A stretch of DNA of 64,000 nt, taken from the NCBI GenBank assembly GCA_003614675.1, contig ML002231.1, positions 1 to 64,000 of the forward strand, given 5' to 3'. Under the pieces are notes generated by a model. The model made no database searches and was not told where the DNA came from. It worked only from the letters and a program-made list of their open reading frames with translations. The translations under genes and the position numbers were made by a program. This stretch comes from Dimargaris cristalligena (lineage: Eukaryota). Shown in pieces: positions 1-11,508 of the stretch (its first letter is position 1; every line of letters begins with the position of its first letter).

Positions 1-1255
1 TGCCTTCGTAGGCGGTGTCCACCTGGGAACGAATGACCATACGGCAGCTCTTCACTAGCTCGGCGTTCTCGTCATCACTGTCGACCTGACCACGCTTGGT
101 AACGGCCGCACGGAAGGTGGAAATGTCGAACAACCGGTAGCGGTAGGCAGCGGAAGCGGGGCGCTCGTCGGCCGAGTCGTCGTGGAACGGGTTCGGTTCG
201 GCCATATCGATCTTCTGGGCCGGGTCGACCACCTGCATAGCGAACTCACGGTTAATCCGGGTAGCTTCCATAGCCAGGGCACTGGGGGTGTTGACGGCAT
301 CCTTGTCGCTGGACTCAATGGGGGGATCGGCAGCGTTTTCGTTCACGGTCACAAAATCCAGGGGACCACCGGTACGCTTGTCCAGGTACAGCTTGTCGCC
401 GACCCGGTTCACAATAATATCCCACGGGTAGGCGGTACGGGTAGTGCACATGAGCATGGACACGACCGAGTCGGTGGCGAACACCTGGGCCTTATTATCC
501 TGGGCCAGACGTTCCATTATGGGATCATCGCTGGCGGTTACATCGTAGTACACGTACTCGGAGCGGCGCAGTGGCTGCTCCATGCGCAGGTTGATGCGGT
601 CGGAGGCCTTCTTGTACAGGTTCACGTGGCCACAGAAGGCCACATCGGTGGGTTCGTCGACTTCGTAGCTCAACCGACCCATACGGTGGAACTCAATCTC
701 GTCCTTAAGCTCCCAGTTGTCACCAATGTTGACAGTGGCGAAACGGATGCGGTTCGGGCGGTCGTAATCGCGCCAGCCAAAGCGACGGCGGTTACCACCG
801 GCCTGGTGGCCACCCCGGGACTGGAATCCACCACGACCGGCGCCGAGACGCTGGAAGCCACGGGTACCACCCCGACCGGCAGCTCCACCGGCTCCACCCC
901 GCTGGTTGCGGTTGCCGGTGAGGTGACGGGTGGCCTGCTTCTTCATGGCCGTAGTACGACTGTCAACCAACGAGAAAGAGCCCTCGTCGTCCTCCTTCTC
1001 CTGAGCAAAAATATTGGTGTTGGACGAACCATAGGCCTGGTAGGGGTCGTGGCGGCGGTTGCGGCCCCGGTAGTCCCGGCCGTAGGCGCTGGGGTTCTCG
1101 GCCTCGTACCAGTCAGCTACGCGACCCAGCTTGTCGGTTTTGCTGTAGGGCGTGTAGGGGATGTCCTTGAATTGGTCGAGCTTCTGGGTGCTCATCGGAC
1201 CCCAGCCCGAGTCATTTTCGGACACATCGTGAAGTGAGAAATGGGGGGTGGACAT
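1..1255 (-). CDS. EIF3D: Eukaryotic translation initiation factor 3 subunit D (3' end runs off the window's left edge)
   Basis: ATG at 1255 on the minus strand gives MSTPHFSLHDVSENDSGWGPMSTQKLDQFKDIPYTPYSKTDKLGRVADW. This matches the eIF3d N-terminal WGP...DIPY.P.SK.DKLG..ADW motif. The listed + ORF 182..1237 is its antisense shadow. Confidence 0.93.
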   Translation of the reverse strand, partial: MSTPHFSLHDVSENDSGWGPMSTQKLDQFKDIPYTPYSKTDKLGRVADWYEAENPSAYGRDYRGRNRRHDPYQAYGSSNTNIFAQEKEDDEGSFSLVDSRTTAMKKQATRHLTGNRNQRGGAGGAAGRGGTRGFQRLGAGRGGFQSRGGHQAGGNRRRFGWRDYDRPNRIRFATVNIGDNWELKDEIEFHRMGRLSYEVDEPTDVAFCGHVNLYKKASDRINLRMEQPLRRSEYVYYDVTASDDPIMERLAQDNKAQVFATDSVVSMLMCTTRTAYPWDIIVNRVGDKLYLDKRTGGPLDFVTVNENAADPPIESSDKDAVNTPSALAMEATRINREFAMQVVDPAQKIDMAEPNPFHDDSADERPASAAYRYRLFDISTFRAAVTKRGQVDSDDENAELVKSCRMVIRSQVDTAYEG

Positions 1256-1881
1256 GGTTGATCGTAGGGGTATACTCTACTGTGGGGGTGTATGGTACGT
1301 GGTACGGTACGGACAACTGGGGAATGGTGCAAGATCGGCTAGATAAATAAGAACTAGAGATCAAGGTTAGGGCTTCGCAAGGAGGGGGATGGGCTTTTAA
1401 AGACACGCAGCAACAACGATGGACACAGGTGGCTGGCCGAAGCAAAGGAAGATGAAAAAGTTCCCGGGCGACTTGGATAGAAGAAGTGGGAGGAAAAGAG
1501 AGAGAGAATAGGGTGGGCCAGGCGACTTGTTCGCTATTAGATGACACCCTGGATTCGATCTTGGGTAGCGGCCATCTTGATCTCCTCCCCTTCTTCCAAG
1601 GCGGAGTATTCTCTCTCCCTCTCGCATACTTCACATCCAGAGAAGTCCCCGTTTGGTCTAATAGGCAACCCAGCCAAACTTATAACATGCACTAGGCAAA
1701 TAAATATACCCCAAAGGCCTCTCCACCATCACTGAGAAAAAGTGGAAAAATGCTAGTGGAAAGTCCACCAGGTCAGGTGACTCATATGCCTACTCACTAT
1801 AGCAACCAACCCAGCTTAATGGGCTTTCCCCCCACGTTGTTCCCCTATTTAATAAATGGCATGAAGGTTAGTAAAACCCAC

Positions 1882-3090
1882 CTAATCAATACGACGGGTG
1901 AAACAAGATTGAGTCATGCAATTTATTAGTACCCCCCCTGCCGTCTTATAAAATACCGAATTAGTAGGAGTCGGCTGGTAAAATAACCACAGCGTTAAAC
2001 GGCGTATTCTCTCTAGATGGCCGCCCAAGCGTGCCTTCATTTAAATTTCGATTTGGGCCCCGTCGGCCAACATGGACAGCCTGCCGAAGCGTACATGTTT
2101 AGACGAAGTTCTTTCCAAGTCAGCCAGGCTCTCGCACTGGATTCCGCTGGAGCTAGAATAGATGTCAAATTTAAAATTCCGCTCGTCCGTGGCCCAATCC
2201 AAGGCGTAAATATAGAAGGGCTGCGATGCGGGCGTAATGGAAGAAAACAGCAAGGACAGTTTGGAATTGAACCCCCACCGAAGCGGGTTTACCCGGGGGC
2301 CAACCGCTAGAAGGGCATCCCCCTCCAAGTCGGCAGTTAAACGGAGCAGGAACGAGTGTAGCATTGAGTTCAGCTGACGCTTGAGCTGGCTCGGGAATGC
2401 CACCGAGCTCGGAGCATGGTCAACCGGAAAGAAATACTCGGATAGGGTCTGGCAATTAGCAATAAGTCTTTCAATGGAAGGGGGCGGATTATTGGTTTTA
2501 GGTACCCCATGTTTTATGCTACTAGACGCAGAACTGCTAGTTGTAGGTTCCCCCCATACGCGAGATGTTGGTTTAATAACTGCGGGGTGGTCCAGGATGG
2601 ATATATTCTGGTCATTAGCGAGTGGTTTGTAAATAGGGATTGCCCATGGATGGACCGGGCTCGGGTAGTCGGGACTCACTTCGGATGTACTGCTGCTAGA
2701 CATGATTTCCGAAGTGACTTTCTCGGCCTGGGAACCCTCTCCCGTGTCAGTGTCTGTCTTGCTTTCGAGGTAGACCAAGTACTTCCGGAAGCGTGCCCAG
2801 AGCAGATGGACTCAACGGCGCGGACTGGTCGTTGTTGAGTACGGGCTAAACTTTCGATCCGCTGAAATGGGTGCATTAACTATTGGTTCTGCTTGACTGA
2901 TGGGACTCGGATATTGAATATATCCCTCTTCGTCCAAGTGCCACCCAGAAGTTACAATGAAGGTGGTGCGTGATTCTGCTGGAGAAATTCTGTTCCGGAG
3001 TTAATAGCTATAACTTTGTCAAGACTTGAAACCAAGACCCAGGCATCAGGCATGGGCCAAACTGAACCAATAGATAAACCAGGACCTCAT
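1882..3090 (-). pseudogene. Probable pseudogene of an unknown protein: one frame of ~400 codons with 5 internal stops
   Basis: The frame of ORF 2041..2778 continues upstream to ATG 3090 (MRSWFIYWFSLAHA*CLGLGFKS*QSYSY*LRNRISPAES...) and downstream to TAG 1882. Internal stops are TGA 3046, TGA 3019, TAA 3001, TGA 2812 and TAA 2041, with no frameshift. A pyrimidine tract and AG lie just upstream (3096-3135). Confidence 0.5.
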
Positions 3091-3558
3091 ACCACCTAAT
3101 TACTATAAATGAGAGAGAGAGAGAGAAAGAGAATAGGCCCTGATGAAGGTTATTAAAGTCTGCTAAAATTGAAGAAAACCAGCTGGATTAAATTAGATAG
3201 TGCACAAAGGGAGTGCCAACTTTCGGGAGCGGGGGTGATATTAGTTCAACATATATATATAACTGAAGGATAAAATACCAACAATATGGAAGAGGAGTAC
3301 CGCGTTCCTGCCGATTAAAAACACCCTGATTATTATATATAGGGTTGAAGACAGACGCCGGATTGGGGTATAACATAAGCATGTATTAAGCATATGTGCA
3401 TACTAGGGATACAATATACACACCCTTGAGCTGGTGGTAGAATATAGTGTCTCCTTTCAATTGCCAGCAGATTTGGTTGAGAGCACTGTAGCACCGAGTA
3501 GGGCAAAGTAGCGGTGCTACATCAGGAAATGAAGGGTTGTAATAGAAATATTTTAAGA

Positions 3559-3700
3559 TATGGGTGAAATTCAGCCCAGCTATATAAGGGTTTACATTAT
3601 ATGTGTATGGGAGAATATATGGGAAATGTATTTTTAGCTAGTAATATTAGCCGAATCTAATGGATTTTTCGTTGTATAGCTTGCATGAACTTCTTCCATA
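3559..3700. mobile_element. MITE-like element, copy 1 (~140 bp, imperfect terminal inverted repeats, TA at both ends)
   Basis: The left end TATGGGTGAAATTCAGCCCAGCTATA resembles the reverse complement of the right end, TATGGAAGAAGTTCATGCAAGCTATA. The element aligns end to end with 49612..49750. Confidence 0.7.
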
Positions 3701-3971
3701 TTCATTCATTCTGGTCACTGGGAAATAGCGATATGTTTCCACGTCACCTGTCTAATCCGGGGATAGGGCCAACCCTAGAGGACGATACGAGCGATCTACC
3801 CCAACGGTAGACGCCTGGTCAGGCTCAATATTGGGTGCTAAATGGCACTCTGCCCACACAGTTTCAACTAGTGATCACACCCATACCAGGACCAGTTGCT
3901 GCTGGCTTCACCATGAGAGCCCCCCATTCAATAGGCTATTTATATATTTAAAGCTACACCATTGCTTCACA

Positions 3972-4946
3972 TCAAACCCTTTTCAGCAGTACCGAGACTG
4001 TACTCCAGCTAGTCCAATCGATGGTTGCTACTTCCATAAACACACAAAGAAGTATACTCGTTAGTAATTTGGCATTTTAGAGGATTTTAAGAAGTTGGCA
4101 TGAATGCCACTTCCGTTCTTCCGATATCATATAGACAAGAACCCAGTGTAAGCAGTGCAATAAGACATGGCCCAGCCCACTTCGGTGAAATTGGACTATT
4201 TTTACCCCAGCGATTGATGCATGTACGTTCCCCTAAAATAGGATTACATGTAAATCGGAATGTTGAATCTGGTCCCCATTGACAAACTTTCCAGGGATAT
4301 CCGGGAAATAGCCACCCGGTACAAGTGCCCACATTAGTAGCTGAAGAAGATGTACGCAATGGCTATTGGTGAGTTTATTATACTGCAAGGACCTGTACGT
4401 TTTCATCAACGGTTCTAGCAAGGCGTAATTATTAAATATAATCGTACGGCCTAAGTCACTGGGTGATGAATACGAAGTAGATACGGGTAGTATATGAGCT
4501 TGGCTATTGGAATGGAAATGCTGTATTGTGTCGCGTTGAAAAATTTAATTGCGATTGGGGTCAATTTTAACGAAGGGCCCTGGCTCTTGGGCTGGCTATG
4601 TGCCAGACTCCTGCTGGAATGGTTTGGTCTCGATGCAACTCACCAACAGTATCCGTATAAGCAGCAAGGCCCCTAGAATACAAGCTGCTGTGTTGCGAGT
4701 TTAAATGTATAGCCTCGTGACATTTAAGGTATAAACATTGATGGCATTTTCCTCCAGGAATAGCCCTAGTAAATTTTGGTGGAGTTTAGCTTATGGGCCA
4801 GATGGCCAGCCACCACCATTCCAACCACCCCGATCATATTCGAAACCCCACGATATCAGTTGCTTGACACAAAGGTGGGACTTCCACACGCTTAAAGACA
4901 CACGTAAACTAAATATCTCCCAATTGAACTAATGAGTGGTAAACAT
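3972..4946 (-). pseudogene. Possible decayed coding relic (strand not certain)
   Basis: One minus frame of 325 codons has only 7 internal stops, all TAA/TAG (4929, 4791, 4701, 4596, 4545, 4233, 4077), in AT-rich DNA. The listed ORFs 4233..4421(-), 3831..4064(+) and 4494..4676(+) share this codon register. Confidence 0.3.
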
Positions 4947-5409
4947 TATATAGGCTCACTTCCTGAAATCATTTAGTTAGATCGACGTCACCATTAATGG
5001 CAAGAAATATTAAAAAGTAAATCTAGTCAAGAGAAACAAAAAGCATCTAGTAGCAACTACAATTACAATTTAAGTTAAATAGTATTTATTCTGGAGCAAC
5101 AGCTCTCCACTAGTTTATTAAACGGAGACATTACACCGGGCACACTAGTACAGAATCCACAATGGCTAGTAGATACTTGTGGAAAATGGATAAAAGGGAT
5201 TAAAAAAGCACATGGACCAGGTTATGGCTGGTCCATACTCGCAATCCAGAAAAATAACACCTAGCAAGGAGAAGCAGGTAGATACAGTGAATGCAAACGG
5301 CCATAAAAAAACTAGCGAAGGGGCGTGTATGCCACAGAATGAAGCCCCAAAAAAAATTAAAAAAAGGGCGAGGGGACACAATATCAGAACAATGAAGGGG
5401 GGATTGGAC

Positions 5410-7428
5410 CTAAGCCTGGTGTTGCTGGAGGACAGCCAAAGCCTCGTCGATCTTAGCGTTACGGGCTTCGGTATCTTCGAGAAGGTGCAGCAGTTCGCTG
5501 TTATCCATCTCGAGCAGCATACCAGTGATCTTACCGGCCAATTCAGCTTCCCGCTCTTCAATCAGAGGGTAGAGGGCCTCACCGAGCATCATCTTCTGAT
5601 CTTCAGGGGGGGCGTTGGCGAGGGTGGTGGTAGTCAGAGAAGGCTCAGCAGTGGCAGCATCGGGAGAGCTACCAGCGCCTTCGGTCTTCTCGACGGACTC
5701 GCCACCGGCAGCGGCGGTGGGGGTGGCGTTCTGACCGGCGGTCTGGGTACCGGGGTGACGGGGACCCTGGTACTTAGCACCCGTCCGGTTGGGGGCATTG
5801 CCCTGACGACCGGGAGCACCACTGGCATAGCCACCGCGACCTCCGGCGGCACCGCCGCGAGAGGCGCTGGGAGCACCGGGACGACCTCCCCGGGTGGGGC
5901 GGCCGCCGGGACCCATCTGACCAGCGGGGTAGCCAGCGTGGGGAACGGCGCCGTTGAACTGTCCGGGGACATTAGCACCGGGGAAACCCGGTTGGGTACC
6001 CTGGGGGGCATTGGAGCTCCAACGGTTGGTGCGGGGAGCCATACCGGGCTGCTGGTAGCCGGGCATGCCACCACGGGGCGGGTAGCCGGCCTGGGGACCG
6101 TTGTAATACATGGGGTGGGCGCCGTACACGGGGGCGGGGATGGCACCGGTGGGCATGCCCATGGGGGGCTGCATGCGCAGCTGGCTGCGCTGGGCGGCCT
6201 GGGCCTCCAGCTCGCGACGGCGGGCGTCCTTGCGCTGGGCAATGGCGACGTAGATGGGCTTGCTGCCCAGCATGCGGCCGTTCATTTCGGTCACGGCCTT
6301 GGTGGCCTCCTCAGGGGTGCTGAAGCAGACGAACCCGAAACCCTTGGGGTTGTTGTTCTCATCGCGCATGACCTTGGCGCTGGTGATATCACCGTAGACG
6401 GAGAACTCCTGGCGCAGCTGGTCATCATCGACATCGTCTTCCAGGTTCTTGACGTACAGGTTGACGCCGTGGTACTTGCTGAGCTTCTCGTACTTGGCCT
6501 GCTCGTACTGACGACGGAGCTCGTCTTCACGCTCGACCTTCTTCTGGGCGCGGGACACGAACAGCTTCTTGCCCTCCACCTCGGCCTCGTGCATGCCCTC
6601 GACGGCCTTAACGGCCTCGTCGTGGGAAGCAAAGTTCACGAAGCCAAAGCCGCGGGATTTACCTTCCTGATCGACGGCGATGACGGCGGAGGTGATGTTG
6701 CCGTAGGGTTCGAACAACTCCTGGAACTTGGCGTTGTCGACGGACTCGTCAATGTTCTTGACGTAGAGGTTGGTGAACTTGGCGCGGAGCTCGTCCACAC
6801 GGGACTGGCGCTCACGGCGGGGCACATGGTAGCCGACGTAGACCTTCTTGTCGTTCAACAGCATCCCGTTGACGGCGTTGATGGCGTTAGTGGCGGACTC
6901 GTCCTTCTCGAAATGGACGAAACCGTAGCCCTTGGAGACACCGTCATCGGTAGCGACCTTGCAGCTCAGGATGCGACCGAAGGCGGAGAAGGTATCGTGA
7001 AGTGCCTTGTTATCGATGGCGGCATCGAGGTTCTTGATGAAGATGTTGCCGCTGCCGTTCTTGCGCAGAGCAGGGTCGCGCTGCGACCACATGATGCGGC
7101 AAGGCTTGCCCTTAATCTCGGTGTAGTTAAAGGTATCGATGGCCTGCTCGCAGTCCTCGGGGTTGTGGTAGTTGACGTAGCCGTAGCCCAGGGAGCGACG
7201 GGTGACAGCGTCACGGCAGACGCGGATGCTGGCGACGGGGCCGATCATGTTGAACAGCTCGAAAAGGACAGCCTCGGTGACGGAGGGTTCGAGCTCGCCG
7301 ACGTACAGGGACGCGGACTGGGCGGCAGCGGTGTTGTTAGCGGGCGACGACTCAGCGAGGGCGGCCACGGGGATGGCGGGGGCCTCGACAGAGGTGCTGG
7401 GGGCAGCGGTGGCGGCTTCGGTGGACAT
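5410..7428 (-). CDS. PAB1: Cytoplasmic polyadenylate-binding protein (4 RRMs, P/G/Q-rich linker, MLLE/PABC domain), intronless CDS
   Basis: Motifs [43 protein letters not shown] and the C-terminal [11 protein letters not shown]...[12 protein letters not shown]. Confidence 0.98.
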   Translation of the reverse strand: MSTEAATAAPSTSVEAPAIPVAALAESSPANNTAAAQSASLYVGELEPSVTEAVLFELFNMIGPVASIRVCRDAVTRRSLGYGYVNYHNPEDCEQAIDTFNYTEIKGKPCRIMWSQRDPALRKNGSGNIFIKNLDAAIDNKALHDTFSAFGRILSCKVATDDGVSKGYGFVHFEKDESATNAINAVNGMLLNDKKVYVGYHVPRRERQSRVDELRAKFTNLYVKNIDESVDNAKFQELFEPYGNITSAVIAVDQEGKSRGFGFVNFASHDEAVKAVEGMHEAEVEGKKLFVSRAQKKVEREDELRRQYEQAKYEKLSKYHGVNLYVKNLEDDVDDDQLRQEFSVYGDITSAKVMRDENNNPKGFGFVCFSTPEEATKAVTEMNGRMLGSKPIYVAIAQRKDARRRELEAQAAQRSQLRMQPPMGMPTGAIPAPVYGAHPMYYNGPQAGYPPRGGMPGYQQPGMAPRTNRWSSNAPQGTQPGFPGANVPGQFNGAVPHAGYPAGQMGPGGRPTRGGRPGAPSASRGGAAGGRGGYASGAPGRQGNAPNRTGAKYQGPRHPGTQTAGQNATPTAAAGGESVEKTEGAGSSPDAATAEPSLTTTTLANAPPEDQKMMLGEALYPLIEEREAELAGKITGMLLEMDNSELLHLLEDTEARNAKIDEALAVLQQHQA

Positions 7429-9160
7429 GTTGTGTTTGTACGGTTGGGTTTTGTGGGGGGGTATATAGGGAGAAGAAGGGGAATTTGTGGTCTTTTCTGG
7501 GTATAAAGAAAGGAAGCCTCACGCAAGTAATATATTCTTAGACGGGTCTAAAAATGGTATTACGTGGATCTGGCGACGTTTTTTGGGTTTTTTTAGAATT
7601 AAAGAAAGGATGGAAACGAAAAAGCCAAGGATGACTGAGAGTGCAAGGATCAGGCCGCTGGGCCCTTGGCCGGTCCTTTTACTACTAATCCTCTTCCTTG
7701 CGGGTGGTGCCTTCCAACCCGTGAAGTATAGTGTATTCCTTCCCTTCTTCGCCATACAACGCGCGTGCCCAGTGGATTTTTTTTCCTGGTGCATGGATGC
7801 TGTGAATGGCATACAGCGAGAGTGGGCGGGCACTGCCTTTCCGTACTTTTCCCACCACTGGCTATTTTTTTTCAGTGGGATCCCATTCCGGCACGGCGTT
7901 GGGTGGCCGGTGTGATGGTCGCGTGTTGGCATGGAAAAAGACGGGCACGTGATCTCAGGTGTCGGTCGGCTGATTGGCGGGGCAAGGGTCCCGTGGGGAT
8001 ATTCTTTTACATTGGGTGGGGCTTTTGTACCCATCCTGATCCGCTAGGCGGGACTCTTAGGCTCTAAGTGGAGGAGGCGATCTCTCTCCATTCATGTTGT
8101 TTACTATGCTATAGAGCTAGTTTCAGCGACGGTTCGCTACCGACCCCCAGAGCTCGGTGGAATACCAGCGCGTCCCCACCCAACTTACCAACGAACCAGG
8201 GGCACCATCCTAATCTACCTTTCTGAAGGGCAATGATATATGTATGCGTATATAATATACATACTGATTATTGAACAATGGATTCCGTCTAAAAATAAAT
8301 CCGGTGCGTGACTTCGTCTGGGGAGGGATAGAACCCACCACCCCCTTTCCATCCCGTACGAAATGGGGGTCTGGCATGTCTCAGTAGTAGCCAAGTCTAC
8401 CTAGGAGCCGGTTCTGGTGCAAAGCCTTAATCATCAAATGAATTGGGGCAATCATTCGGCATTTCTTTGTTCTGGAATAGCCCTGTTGATATAGCCGGCA
8501 TATACCACCTGTAGTTCGTGTGATTCTGCTGGGGGTTGTTTGGGTCCTAACGGCGCAGCAGCCCCGGAAACGAAGGCAGGCCGCCCTGCTGCTTGTCGTA
8601 TGGCCCAGCCAGCACCATTGCCGGGATAATAATAATCGTAATGATAGTAATAACCGCCGAGGCCACCATGCAAATCCAAGACATGACAGCAGCATTCAGT
8701 TACCCAGAGCCAGGGAGTCGATGGTAAATCAAAACAAACCTATACCCAGGGGAAGGTGATTGGACTCCGCACAAATAGCGTTTGTTTACCCCTAAAAATA
8801 CCAGCGCTAGGAGGCCACCATTGTGTCCCCGGATCATTTGACTTGAGGGCCCCCCGCCGGCCTGCCTTTGAACCCGGGCAGTAGCCTGGGAGGACTAAAG
8901 GAGGAGGGGGGTTTCGCCTGGCACTTGGGTTGTTTTACTTGAGGACTGGGGTTGGTTTAATATTCATCCCCCTTTCGTCCTCACTCGACGTCGCCCCCTG
9001 TTGCTGGCCGGGGTAGTCTCTACTTATGCACCACTCACTGAGCGACCACTGGGCTTTGCTTCTTCCTTCCCCTTGTTTTCCCGGTTCTGTTTTTCGAATA
9101 AACCTTCTCTACTCCAGAGTGAGTGCTTCGATACCCCCCGACCACCAACACCCCTCCCCT

Positions 9161-11508
9161 ATGGCTCACTCCCGCTCTCCCGGACGCGGAAGCCTCGGTC
9201 TTAATGGCCTAGGCCGCAATTTGGGTATTCGTCGCCAATCAAGTCATACATTTCCCCAAGACCAGTCTGCCGAGCCCGCTAACCATACCCCTCCACCCGC
9301 TCCGCTCGACGCTTCCACCGGGTCCGGCGAGCGCCCCGTTGGCAATATGCGCTTATTGGGCGTGCGGCATGTCTCTATGCCCATCCCCACCACCGTTAGC
9401 CTGGCCAACAACAATAACAACTCTCTCCTACCCCGCTCATTTGACCCCGCTGTGCCTTCGACGGGCCTAGGTGCTGCGCCGGGCCCTAGTAACCCACCGG
9501 TCTTCCAGGGGCCTGACCTAGCCCCCAGCCCAGGTGAAACCCCCGAAACAGGCCCCGCCCGACACCGTTTCCGGTCTCTCACGCCCCGGAGTATCGCGTC
9601 ATTATCCAATATCACCAAAAAACTGACCTCGCTCTCTCCCGATAAGGGCGGCCATGACTCGTCGTTCTTTGCCTCCCGCCGGCGTAGTCACGGATTGGAC
9701 ACCGGCTACCCGAATGGGTCTCCGCCCGGTCGGGGCCCCGTGTCCAATACTCCGAGCCCCCATTTTCGGGTGATCCATTCATCACCCGAGGACGCTTCGG
9801 TTCCCGACGACGACCCCTCGCGCAATTATTCCGCCTCGCCTCTGCACCATATGAACTCCTTGGAATTCTCCGTGCCGAGTTCCACCTTCGGTGCTGGGCA
9901 TGCTTCGGTACCAGGCCTTATCCCTCCGGCCCCCGTCCCTAAGGATTTTACGCGGAACGACCACAGCGTTGAACAAGTGTCGCGTGCTTTAGTCCCGAAT
10001 CCCTCCAGTACCCCCTCCGTCCCCCTCTCCGCCGGTACCCCGCCACTACCCGCCCCCCTTCCTCCCACAATGGCCCAACTACCCCGGGAACTGGTTTACC
10101 ATGTATTACGCTACGTGGAGTCGGCGAAAGATGTCATCTCATGCTCTCAAATGTGTACGGCGTGGCGAATGCCCGCCCTTTTTACCTACCGCGACCTGAT
10201 GAACATCTACCCCTATGCCAACATGTCTCTCATGCGCGCGCTAAGGTAAGCAAGCCTCTTTACGCACGGCCCTACCCATGCCAAATATTAAATCCTATGA
10301 AGCGACCCGGAACCTCCGGTATCGTCCGGTTATTGGAATATTCCTAATTAGTGGATTTTTCTCGGCTTCGAATGTCTAGAGGATTGTCTACTGCACCCAT
10401 TTCTGCGAAGATTCCATTTGCACCATCTATCCAGTCCGAATAACTTTTTAATATATATGTTTTATTTCAATTATCCTTATTTTTGAAAATAACCACAACA
10501 CAACAAACGGCACTCCGGGGGTAAAATAGGAAGCGCCTCCGCAAACACAACGCACCCGTGACTATGCCACTGCTGGACGATATCATTTATGATTTGTCCC
10601 AGGAGTACTGCCGGAGCAACCCCGAATTCCGCACATTATTCGGGGCCGATAACCCAGTGGATTCCATCTACCCCATGCTCTGGACCTTTTTATTCATTGA
10701 CCGGGAGTTTCGAAACCCCGCCGTGAAAAAGAAAATGAGCTGCCAGTACTTCATCAAACTGGTCCAGGGGAGCTACAAACACCAGGTCTATTCAGTAACT
10801 ACCCTGAAAACGATTTACAAAGATATCAAGGACCACCCCATTCTGGATCGGCATATCCCCATAATCCCCTCGGCGGTTCCCCACCACCAGCGTCACCCTC
10901 CCCCAGAACCCCCTCAGCCTGAACCTGCTGAAGATACCGAGACCGAGTCCCATGGGACAGATGAAGAAGTGAGCGACCTAGACGACTTACCTAGCGAAAT
11001 AGACAGCCAGGGAAGCCCGCTGGGTACATCTGCTACTACTGAGGACCCCGAGTTGACCTCCAGTGAAACTACGCCGTCCCTAACCACCGATGAACCTCCC
11101 CCGTCCGACCTCTCGCCACTCCCAGGCTCCTGTACCAGCGTACGACCTCCCATCGCACCCATATTCGAGTTCCACCACAACCAGCGGAGTGCCCCCTTCG
11201 CCGCGGTACCGGCCCTCATTGACCCGGATCACCTGGAGACCTCCGAACCCACCATCTTCCAAAATATTAACCAGCTGGCCTCCCTTGATCTCAACTTGAC
11301 CTTAAATACGGCCTTCGTGGAGCCGGCCCGAACCGCCAACCGACCGCGTCGAGGTAGTCCCCGGATACCCCGCCGTCTCCGGCGACTATCCAATTCCCTG
11401 GGACTACGGGGTGGACAGTCTACTCTGGGGGCTATTCGCCAGTGGTGGACGCAAGTCAAATCACCTGAGGACACCCCAACGGCATCAGTCGCCCAGCCCT
11501 CCCACTAG
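9161..11508 (+). CDS. F-box + degenerate Sec7-domain protein (FBXO8-like); exons 9161-10245, 10530-11508
   Basis: F-box LPRELVYHVLRYV...CSQMCTAWR. The intron 10246-10529 (GTAAGC...TAG) joins it in frame to a Sec7 C-terminal half: SLMRALR...LSQEYCRSNP...DSIYPMLWTFLFIDREFRNPAVKKKMS...LKTIYKDIKDHPI. Both ends are long P/S-rich disordered tails. Confidence 0.75.

Noticed and set aside
182..1237. 351-aa + strand ORF
   Set aside because: Antisense shadow of eIF3d.
2812..3048. In-frame TGA codons as selenocysteine or a variant genetic code
   Set aside because: The same frame also has TAA stops, there is no redox (UxxC-type) context, and intact neighbouring genes terminate with TAA, TAG and TGA.
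5212..7506. 764-aa + strand ORF overlapping PAB1
   Set aside because: It is the exact antisense register of a GC3-rich gene with few TTA/CTA/TCA codons. It has V/L/G/H-rich shadow composition and no recognisable domain.
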